Of a stretch of 64,000 bases of DNA, positions 47,161-54,964 are shown one piece after another. The stretch is taken from positions 15,360 to 79,359 of the forward strand of contig SHYZ01000001.1 in the NCBI GenBank assembly GCA_009692535.1. Direction: 5' to 3'. A program made the translations under genes and the position numbers. This DNA is from Myxococcales bacterium (lineage in GTDB: Bacteria > Myxococcota_A > Polyangia > Haliangiales > SHYZ01). Under the pieces are notes generated by a model, which saw nothing but the letters and a program-made list of their open reading frames with translations, did not search any database and was not told where the DNA came from. Every line of letters begins with the position of its first letter. Within the stretch, counting starts at the first letter, position 1.

Positions 47161-49484
47161 GCTCGCCCCCGCCCGGCCGCAGCCTCCGCATTGCCGCCGG
47201 CGTCGTGCTCATCGTGCTCGTGGTCGGTGCGCCACTCGCCATCGGCACCGTGCACGACGTCACCCGCGCCGTCGCGTTCTCCCTCTGCGCACTCGCGCTC
47301 GCGCTCACGCTGCTCGAGCGTCTCGTCGCCGGCAAACGCTTCCCGGTCACCATCCCGCTCGTCGCACTCGGTGCCGCGCTGCTCTTCACCGCGCTGCAGC
47401 TCGTGCCGCTCCCCCGCGACACGCTCGCGTGGCTCTCCCCCGCCGCGCACGACATCTTCCAAGCGACGCTCGCCGACCGCGGCGCCCACGCGATCTCACT
47501 CGACCCCTCGGCGACGCTCCGCGAGCTCATCAAGCTCGGCGCCTACGTCGCCTTCTTCGCCGCCGCCTGCACCTACGCCTCACGCCCGCACCGGCGCCGA
47601 CAGCTGCTCCTCGCCGTCGCTGGCGTCTCCGCCCTCGTCGCGACCATCGGCCTCATCCAGGCCGCCACCGGCACGCCGCGCATTCTCTTTTTCTACGAGC
47701 CGGTCGCCGCATGGGAAGCGCTCGTGCGCGGCACCTTCGTCAACTCCAACCACTTCGCCGCACTCATGTGCCTCGGCGCGCCCTGCGCACTCGTGCTCGG
47801 CTTGCGCGAGCCGCGCCTGCGCTTCTTCGCGTTCGCCGCGACACTCGTCATCAACGTCGCCGTCGTGCTCTCACTCTCGCGCGCCGGCATCGTCGCTGCG
47901 CTGCTTGGTCAAGCGATGCTCTTCACGCTCGACCGCTTGCAGCTCTCGCGCGGCGCCGACTGGGTGCGCGACCGACAGAGCGCACGCGCGGCACTCGCGA
48001 TCGTCGTCGTCCTCGGCCTCGGCATCAGCGCCGTCGTCGGCGCGAGCCGTCTGCGCCCCGAGCTCGCTCGCTCACAATCGGAGCTCGCCAACCCCTACTC
48101 CAAGATCAACGTGTGGAAGCGGGGCGCCGAGGTCGTCTGGCAGTACCCGTGGACCGGCGTAGGACGCGGCGCATTCGAGCACGCCTTTACGCAAGTCGAC
48201 GACCGTGGCGGACAGCAGCGTCATCCCTGGATCGAGAACGGCTACCTTCAGAGCGCGGCCGACTTCGGCGTGCCGGCGGCGGTGCTGCTGTTCCTCCTCG
48301 CAGGATGGGGCGCGGTGCTCGCCTTCCGCCGTCTCGACGACGACCCGCTCGCGGTTGGGGCGCTCACCGGCATCGTCGCGCTCGGGCTGCAGCAAGGAGC
48401 CGACTTCGCCGTCGAGCTGCCCGGCGTCGCACTCCCCGCGCTCGCGGTGCTCGCCACCCTCTTCGGCAAGCGCACGAGCGAGGTCGAGTCCGGTCGGCGT
48501 CGTCTCGCGGTACCGCGCGTCGCCCTCGCGCTGCCGGTCGCGCTCGTCATCGGCGTCTTCCTCGTGCAGCGCGTCCCGAGTGCGGACGAGGATCTCGCCA
48601 CACTCATGCGCGCCGTGCGCGACCCCAGCGTCTCCACCGCCGAGGTGCTCCGCCTCGGCGTCGCCGCACGCGAGCGCCACCCCGCACACGCCTTCCTCCA
48701 CGCAGTCGTTGGCGAGCGACTCGCGCGCGAGCGCCACCCCGACACGATGGCGTGGCTCTCCGACGCCATGTTCCTCAACCCGTCCCACCCGGCCGCGCAC
48801 CTCATGGCCGCCGAGGTCCTCGCCGCCACCGGGCGAAAGACGCAAGCGCTCGTCGAGTACAAAGCCGCCGCCGTCGGCGCGCGCGACCCCGCCGAGATCT
48901 GGCAGGTCGCACGCCGCCGCTTTCCTGACGTCGCGGAGCTCCTGCTCGCCACCCCTGCCACGCCACGCCATCGACGAATTCTCGCCGGCTGGCTCGCCGA
49001 GACCGGCAAGCCCGAGCAGGCGGAGCGCGCCTTCCTCGCGCTGCTCGAGCTTGCCCCCGGCGACGTGCGCGCCCACCGCCAGCTCGCGCTCCTGGCGCTC
49101 GCGCGCAACGACGCCGCAGCCGCCGCGACCCGTGTCGACCAGCTGCTCGCACTCGACCAGACCCCACCCTCGCTCCACATCGCCGTGCGGCAGCGCACCA
49201 CGGCCGGCGATCATGCTGGTGCGGCTAAGCTCCTCGACGAGACCGGCCTCACCTTCTCGCGCGAGACCTTCGACCTCGAGCTCGCCCTCGCCACAGCCCT
49301 CGCTACGGCCGCCCGCCCCGACGACGCCCGCGTGCGCCTCGACGCCCTCGCCCGCACCCACCCGCTCGACCGCCCCGCACGAGTCCGACTGCACGAGACC
49401 CTCGCCGAGCTTGAACGCGGCGCGGGCCACGAACACCAATCCAAGTGGCACCTCGAGCAAGCGGCGCGGCTGCGCTCGCCATGA
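47157..49484 (+). CDS. O-antigen-ligase/Wzy_C-family membrane protein fused to a C-terminal TPR domain
   Basis: ATGA overlap with the upstream gene. The first ~480 aa are polytopic, with NSNHFAALM and LSLSRAGIVAALLG. The last ~290 aa are TPR-like (AHLMAAEVLAATGRKTQALVEYKAA, AERAFLALLELAPGDVRAHRQLALLAL). Confidence 0.7.
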   Translation: MSSPPPGRSLRIAAGVVLIVLVVGAPLAIGTVHDVTRAVAFSLCALALALTLLERLVAGKRFPVTIPLVALGAALLFTALQLVPLPRDTLAWLSPAAHDIFQATLADRGAHAISLDPSATLRELIKLGAYVAFFAAACTYASRPHRRRQLLLAVAGVSALVATIGLIQAATGTPRILFFYEPVAAWEALVRGTFVNSNHFAALMCLGAPCALVLGLREPRLRFFAFAATLVINVAVVLSLSRAGIVAALLGQAMLFTLDRLQLSRGADWVRDRQSARAALAIVVVLGLGISAVVGASRLRPELARSQSELANPYSKINVWKRGAEVVWQYPWTGVGRGAFEHAFTQVDDRGGQQRHPWIENGYLQSAADFGVPAAVLLFLLAGWGAVLAFRRLDDDPLAVGALTGIVALGLQQGADFAVELPGVALPALAVLATLFGKRTSEVESGRRRLAVPRVALALPVALVIGVFLVQRVPSADEDLATLMRAVRDPSVSTAEVLRLGVAARERHPAHAFLHAVVGERLARERHPDTMAWLSDAMFLNPSHPAAHLMAAEVLAATGRKTQALVEYKAAAVGARDPAEIWQVARRRFPDVAELLLATPATPRHRRILAGWLAETGKPEQAERAFLALLELAPGDVRAHRQLALLALARNDAAAAATRVDQLLALDQTPPSLHIAVRQRTTAGDHAGAAKLLDETGLTFSRETFDLELALATALATAARPDDARVRLDALARTHPLDRPARVRLHETLAELERGAGHEHQSKWHLEQAARLRSP

Positions 49485-49503
49485 GGGCCAAGGATGGCGC
49501 CCA

Positions 49504-51405
49504 ATGACCTCTGCTAGGCTCTCGCACGCGATGTGGCACTGGCTCGGCTCGCACCGGGCACCGCTCTCGGCGGTGGCCAACATCCTCATCCTCACCGCCG
49601 CGTACGTCGGCGCGTTCCTGCTGCGCTTTGACTTCGCGCTGCCGCGTTATTTTCAGGGGCTGCTGCTCGTCACGCTCCCCGCGAGCGTCGGCATCCACTA
49701 CCTCTCCTTCCTCACCTTCAACATCACGCGGGGCTGGTGGCGCTATGTCGGCGTCGGCGACTTCCTCTCCGCGGTCAAGGCCGCCGGTGCCGGTGCGCTG
49801 GCGATGTCGGCGTGGGTGCTGGTGCTGCACCGCGGCGCCAACTTCCCGCGCTCGGTCATCCTGCTGAACTTCATCCTCGTCGTGGGACTCACGATCGGCG
49901 TGCGCCTCGCCGTGCGCCTCTGGCGTCAGGTGCCGCACGCGCACGCTCCGGGCGATCGCAAGCGGCTGCTCATCGTCGGCGCGGGCGACACCGGCGAGGC
50001 GCTGCTGCGCGAAATCCGCCAGAGCCCCCGCCTCGCCTACCAAGTCGTCGCGTTCGTCGACGACGAACCCTCCAAGCGGGGCGCGTACATCAACGGCGTG
50101 CCGGTAGCCGACACTTCCGAGGCAATTCCCGACGTCGTGCGCCGCCTGCGCATCGCCGAGATCGTCGTCGCGACCCCGTCAGCCGCCGGCAACGAGATGC
50201 GCCGCATCACCGCGCGCTGCCGCGAGAGCGGCGTGCCGTTCCGCGTGATGCCCGCGACCTGGGAGGTGCTCTCGGGCAAAGCCGGCCTCGGCGCGGCGCG
50301 CGAAGTGGACATCCACGATCTCCTGCGCCGCCCGCGCGTCGAGCTCGACACCGTCGGCATCGGCCGCTTCCTCCTCGGCAAGCGCGTGCTCGTCACTGGC
50401 GCCGCGGGTTCGATCGGCGCCGAGATCTGCCGCCAGGTGCTCCGCTTTTCCCCCGCGCAGCTCGTCTGCCTCGACCACGACGAGAACGCGCTCTTCTACC
50501 TCGGCCGCGCGCTCGAGCCGGTCACCGGCAACCACGAGGTCCGCTACCGCCTCGCCGACATCACCGACGAGCCGCGCCTCGACGCGATCTTCCGCACCTT
50601 CCAACCCGAGGTCGTGTTCCACGCCGCTGCGCACAAGCACGTGCCGATGATCGAGGCCAACGCCGTCGAGGGGATGCGCAACAACGTCTTCGGCACGCAG
50701 CTCGTCGCCACGCTCGCCGGTCGACACGAGGCCGAGGCGTTCGTGCTGATCTCGACCGACAAGGCGGTGAACCCGTCGTCGCTGATGGGCGCGTCGAAGC
50801 GGATCGCCGAGCTCGTGGTTCGCACGCTGCCGTTCACCACGCGCTACACCACCGTGCGCTTCGGCAACGTGCTCGGCTCGCAGGGGAGCGTCGTGCCGCT
50901 GCTCAAGGAGCAGATCGCGCAGGGCGGTCCGGTCACGATCACCCACCCCGAGATGCGCCGCTATTTCATGACCATCCCCGAGGCGGTCGAGCTCGTGATC
51001 CAGGCCGCCGCGATGGGAAAGAAGGACGAGATCTTCCTGCTCGACATGGGCGAGCCGGTGAAAATCGTCGACCTCGCGACCGACCTCATTCAGCTCTCGG
51101 GGCTGCGCCCCGGCATCGACATCGAGCTTCGTTTCACCGGCATCCGCCCCGGCGAGAAGCTCTACGAGGAGCTCTACACCGACGCTGAGGAGTCCGACCG
51201 CACCACGCACCCGAAGATCCTCGCGGCGCGGCACGCCCACCTCGACCCCGCGCGATTCTCAACGCAGCTCGCCGAGCTCGCCGCCGCAGTGGCCGCTTGC
51301 GATGACGCGTGGGTGCGCCGGCTCGTGCCGCAGCTCGTCCCCGAGTACCGCTTGCGCGATCCGGCGGACAACGTGATCCCAATCTCCGCCGCGCGCAGCT
51401 TGTGA
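49504..51405 (+). CDS. Membrane-anchored nucleotide-sugar 4,6-dehydratase/epimerase (CapD/WbpM/PglF family)
   Basis: Four N-terminal TM helices. Motifs are LIVGAGDTGEAL, VLVTGAAGSIGAEI, FHAAAHKHVPM and STDKAVNPSSLMGASKR. Confidence 0.9.
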   Translation: MTSARLSHAMWHWLGSHRAPLSAVANILILTAAYVGAFLLRFDFALPRYFQGLLLVTLPASVGIHYLSFLTFNITRGWWRYVGVGDFLSAVKAAGAGALAMSAWVLVLHRGANFPRSVILLNFILVVGLTIGVRLAVRLWRQVPHAHAPGDRKRLLIVGAGDTGEALLREIRQSPRLAYQVVAFVDDEPSKRGAYINGVPVADTSEAIPDVVRRLRIAEIVVATPSAAGNEMRRITARCRESGVPFRVMPATWEVLSGKAGLGAAREVDIHDLLRRPRVELDTVGIGRFLLGKRVLVTGAAGSIGAEICRQVLRFSPAQLVCLDHDENALFYLGRALEPVTGNHEVRYRLADITDEPRLDAIFRTFQPEVVFHAAAHKHVPMIEANAVEGMRNNVFGTQLVATLAGRHEAEAFVLISTDKAVNPSSLMGASKRIAELVVRTLPFTTRYTTVRFGNVLGSQGSVVPLLKEQIAQGGPVTITHPEMRRYFMTIPEAVELVIQAAAMGKKDEIFLLDMGEPVKIVDLATDLIQLSGLRPGIDIELRFTGIRPGEKLYEELYTDAEESDRTTHPKILAARHAHLDPARFSTQLAELAAAVAACDDAWVRRLVPQLVPEYRLRDPADNVIPISAARSL

Positions 51406-52613
51406 AGGTCCTCTGCTTCGTCGACGCGCCCCACCGACTCGCGGGCGCCCAGCGGAGCCTGCTCGCTGCGCTGTCGGGTCTGCCGGCCGAAGGCGTCACG
51501 CCGCGCGTGGTCTTTCCCGCCGAGGGCCGCTGCGTCGACGCCTATCGTGCCGCGGGCGTCGACTGCGTCGTGCTCCCCGCGCCCGCCGCGCTGCTCGAGT
51601 TCGGCAAGGCGCACCTGCGCGCCGGCAAGCTCGCGCAAGCTCGCGTGCTCGTCACCGCCTGCGTGCCCTACGCGCGCGCCCTCGCGCGGCTCGCCCGGGC
51701 GTGGGGCGCCGACCTCCTCCACTTCAACACGCCCCGCGGCATCCTCGCCGCCGGCCTCGCCGCGCGGCTCGTGCAACGCCCGACTGTGTTGCACCTGCGC
51801 GGCGCGGTGCCGTTCGGCGGGCCGCTCTGGTTCGCGGCGCAGGCACTCGCCGATCGCATCGTGCTGGTGGCGCACGCACTCGAGCCGGAAGTCGGGCGTC
51901 CCTTCCGACGACGCACGCGCGTCGTCTACAACGGCGTGACGATCCCCGAGCTGTCCACGCACGCCAACGCCCGCACCGACGCCCGCGCCGCGCTCACCGC
52001 CAGGTTCGGCGTGCCGCGTGAAGGCGCTCTCTTCGTCGCGCTCTCCTCGCTGGTGCCGTTCAAGGGCCTGCACCACCTGCTCGACGCCGCCTGCCGCACT
52101 CGCGACGCTGGCCTCGACGCGCACTACCTCCTCGCCGGCTCGAGCGACGACGCGCGCTACACCGACTGGCTCACGCGACGCCGCGACACGCTTGGCCTCG
52201 GCAGCGCCGTGACCTTCGCTGGCTTCGTCGGCGAGCCGGCCACACTCCTCGCCGGCGCCGACGCGCTGGTGCTCCCCTCCATCGAGCGCGAACAACTCGA
52301 CCTCGACGGCACCACAGTCGACGTGCGCGGTAACGAGGGCTTGCCGCGAAGCGTGCTCGAAGCGATGGCGCACCGGCTCCCGGTCATCGCCTCACGCCTC
52401 GCCGGCGCAGTCGAAGAGGTCGAGGAGGGCGAGAGCGGACTGCTGGTTCCGCCCGGCGATCCACGCGCGCTCGCCGACGCGCTGCTCACGCTGGCGCGCG
52501 ATGCGAGCTTCCGCACTCGGGCCGGCGCGCGCGGCCGCGAGCTCGCCGAGACCCGCTTTAGCGTCGGAGCTTCCGCGCGCGGCCTCGCAGCCGTATTCCG
52601 CGAGCTCCATTGA
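51402..52613 (+). CDS. Glycosyltransferase family 4
   Basis: GTGA overlap with the upstream gene. The EX7E region NEGLPRSVLEAMAHRLPVIASRLAGAVEEVEEGESGLLV carries an unusual insertion (EREQLDLDGTTVDVRG) just before it. Confidence 0.8.
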   Translation: MKVLCFVDAPHRLAGAQRSLLAALSGLPAEGVTPRVVFPAEGRCVDAYRAAGVDCVVLPAPAALLEFGKAHLRAGKLAQARVLVTACVPYARALARLARAWGADLLHFNTPRGILAAGLAARLVQRPTVLHLRGAVPFGGPLWFAAQALADRIVLVAHALEPEVGRPFRRRTRVVYNGVTIPELSTHANARTDARAALTARFGVPREGALFVALSSLVPFKGLHHLLDAACRTRDAGLDAHYLLAGSSDDARYTDWLTRRRDTLGLGSAVTFAGFVGEPATLLAGADALVLPSIEREQLDLDGTTVDVRGNEGLPRSVLEAMAHRLPVIASRLAGAVEEVEEGESGLLVPPGDPRALADALLTLARDASFRTRAGARGRELAETRFSVGASARGLAAVFRELH

Positions 52614-52661
52614 ACCTCACGAGCGACGCCGCGCGAGCGACGCTGCTCCTGCCCACGCACG

Positions 52662-53864
52662 TCAGGGCGCGGCGGTGAGTTCGCGATAGACGCCGGCGAT
52701 CTCGGTGACGTTACGCTCCAGCGAGAAGTTCGCGCGCACATGCGCCTCCGCTGCCGCGCCCATCCGTGCACGCAGTGCCGCATCCTTCGCCAGTCGAATC
52801 ATCGGCTCGGCCAGCTCCTCGATCCGATCGTTCGGCACGAGGAACCCGGTCTCGCCGTGCTTCACCGCCTCGACGGTGCCGACGACCGCGGTCGCCGCCA
52901 TCGGCAGACCGAACGCGTGCGCCTCCACCCCACAGCGCGGCAGCCCCTCGCGCTCCGACGGCAGCACCGCGAAGTCCGCGCCCTGGTACCAGCGATAGAC
53001 CTCCTGCTGCGGCAGGTAGCCGCCGAAGACGAAGTGGTCCGTAAGCCCGAGGCGCGCGAGCGCCGCCCGACACGCCGCCTCATACGCCTCGTCCTTCACC
53101 CCGCCGAGGCAGGTCACGCGCAACGTCGGCACCTGGGCCACCACGCGCGGCAGCACGCGCTCGATGAAGCGAAGCTGCCCCTTGTCGACGAACACGCTGC
53201 CGACGAGCAGCACGCTCACCCGCTCCGCGCCCGGTCCGGTCGACGCCCGACACGCCGCACGCGGCTCAGCCGCACGAAAGGCGTCGATCTCGTGAAAGTC
53301 GAAGCCGTTGTAGATCGCCTGCAGTTTCGGCCCGAGGATCGGTCGCAGCAGGCGGTGCCCCGATCCGAGCAGCTGCTCTCGCAGCGACCGCGAGACCGTG
53401 ATGGTTCGGTCGGAGAGCAGGATCGCCAGCTCCTCCGGCCAGCGCATTTTCTGGTCGCGACTCGCGGTGCGCACGTGGAAGACCACCTGCGCGCCGGCGA
53501 GCTTGCCGCCGAGCCAGCTCGAGAAGAACCCCGGCACCGCCGCGGCATGGACCACCCGCACGCCGTCGTCACGCACCTGGCGGTAGACCGCGCGGTTCAG
53601 CAGGAAGAGATCGCGAAGCTTCGCGGCCCGCCCGCGCCACGTCGCCGCGCGGATCCCGGCGATCGGATCGGGCACCTCGACCAGCTCATACGGCAGCTCC
53701 GCCTCGTCGAGCAGCGGCAGCAGTTGGTCGCGCGCGGTCACGAGGAACGACGACCGGAACCCCTTGGCCCGCAGGCCATTCGCCGTGGCGATGGTGCTCT
53801 TCTCGCCGCCGTAAACCTCTTGGACCGGCGTGCGCACCAGAATGAAGAGGACGTCAGCCACCAC
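52662..53864 (-). CDS. Glycosyltransferase family 4
   Basis: PSEREGLPRCGVEAHAFGLPMAATAVVGTVEAVKHGETGFLV. The GTG starts at 53864/53861 avoid overlap with the upstream gene (track start 53888). Confidence 0.8.
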   Translation of the reverse strand: MVADVLFILVRTPVQEVYGGEKSTIATANGLRAKGFRSSFLVTARDQLLPLLDEAELPYELVEVPDPIAGIRAATWRGRAAKLRDLFLLNRAVYRQVRDDGVRVVHAAAVPGFFSSWLGGKLAGAQVVFHVRTASRDQKMRWPEELAILLSDRTITVSRSLREQLLGSGHRLLRPILGPKLQAIYNGFDFHEIDAFRAAEPRAACRASTGPGAERVSVLLVGSVFVDKGQLRFIERVLPRVVAQVPTLRVTCLGGVKDEAYEAACRAALARLGLTDHFVFGGYLPQQEVYRWYQGADFAVLPSEREGLPRCGVEAHAFGLPMAATAVVGTVEAVKHGETGFLVPNDRIEELAEPMIRLAKDAALRARMGAAAEAHVRANFSLERNVTEIAGVYRELTAAP

Positions 53865-54960
53865 GCCTCCCGACGGTGGCGTGCGCAACCTCGGCGGCCG
53901 CGCAGGAGAGCAGCCACGCGGCCGCGCGCGCCGGGTGATCGGTCAACCGAGTGAGTCGTACAAAGCGACTGCCGCGCCGCGGCGAGTCCCCGCGCGAGAA
54001 CGGCGCCGCTGCAACGAGTGCCGCGAGCCCGCCAGCCCCAGCCGTCACGACCGCGCCCTCGTCGGCCGTCACGACCGCGCCCCCGCCGAGCGCACGCGCC
54101 GCCTCGCGCCACCCCGCGCCCGCGAGCCCGAACCGGAGCAGCAGCGCGATCCACGCCGCCGTCGCGCGCCGCGCCCGCCACTCGGTGGCCCGCGTGACGA
54201 CCACCGCCGGATCGAGCGCAGCGCGTTTCGCAAGCACCAGCCCATCGACGAGGCAGCGCGCGCTCACGTCGAGCGTGTGCTTTGCCGCGTGCACCGCGAG
54301 CGCGACGAAATGATCGTGCGCCTCGGGCACCGACACCCGGTCCGCCTGCATGACGGCGCGCGCAAAGAGGCTGTCGTAGCGCGGCGCGTAGAGCGGCCAC
54401 GGCGCCAGCGCGCGGTGCAGGTCGACGACCGTGCCGCTGCCCGGCAACCGCAGCTCCACCGCATACGCCGGCCACGCGGTGAACGGCCGATGCCAAGTCA
54501 CGAAGCGCGTCGCGCCGAGCGACTCCGCAGCAGCCACAGCGTCCTGCCACCGCTTCGCCGGCACCAGCAGGTCGATGTCAGTCATCCCCCGCTCGCCCGC
54601 GCCATAGACCGTCCGGGCCAACGCCGCCCCCTTGAGCAGCACCGCCGCGATGCCCCGCTCGCGCAGCACCGCCATGAGTGGCACGAGCGCGCGCTCCGCG
54701 ACGAGCCCCCGCCCCACACACTCCGCACGCAGCCGCTCGAGCCGCCGGCGCGTCGCTTCGTCCGCCACCGCGAGAGTCCCTTCCGCCACACGCGCCGCGA
54801 GCAGCGGGCCGAGCTGTTCCTCCGTCGCACGAATAGCGAGCGCCGCGTCGAGTGGTCCTTCCGGTCCGCCCGCGAAGCCCGCGGCACGCACGAGCGCCAT
54901 GAGCACCCGCGCGTCGCCATCGCCGTCGCCCGCGGGCCACACACCGCCCGCGACGGGCGT
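53854..54960 (-). CDS. Uncharacterised nucleotidyltransferase-family protein (NTP_transf_5-like)
   Basis: VLLKGAALARTVYGAGERGMTDIDLLVP matches the polymerase-beta-like nucleotidyltransferase motif of this family. The start is uncertain (54996, 54960 or 54900). Confidence 0.55.
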   Translation of the reverse strand, partial: TPVAGGVWPAGDGDGDARVLMALVRAAGFAGGPEGPLDAALAIRATEEQLGPLLAARVAEGTLAVADEATRRRLERLRAECVGRGLVAERALVPLMAVLRERGIAAVLLKGAALARTVYGAGERGMTDIDLLVPAKRWQDAVAAAESLGATRFVTWHRPFTAWPAYAVELRLPGSGTVVDLHRALAPWPLYAPRYDSLFARAVMQADRVSVPEAHDHFVALAVHAAKHTLDVSARCLVDGLVLAKRAALDPAVVVTRATEWRARRATAAWIALLLRFGLAGAGWREAARALGGGAVVTADEGAVVTAGAGGLAALVAAAPFSRGDSPRRGSRFVRLTRLTDHPARAAAWLLSCAAAEVAHATVGRRGG

Positions 54961-54964
54961 CACG

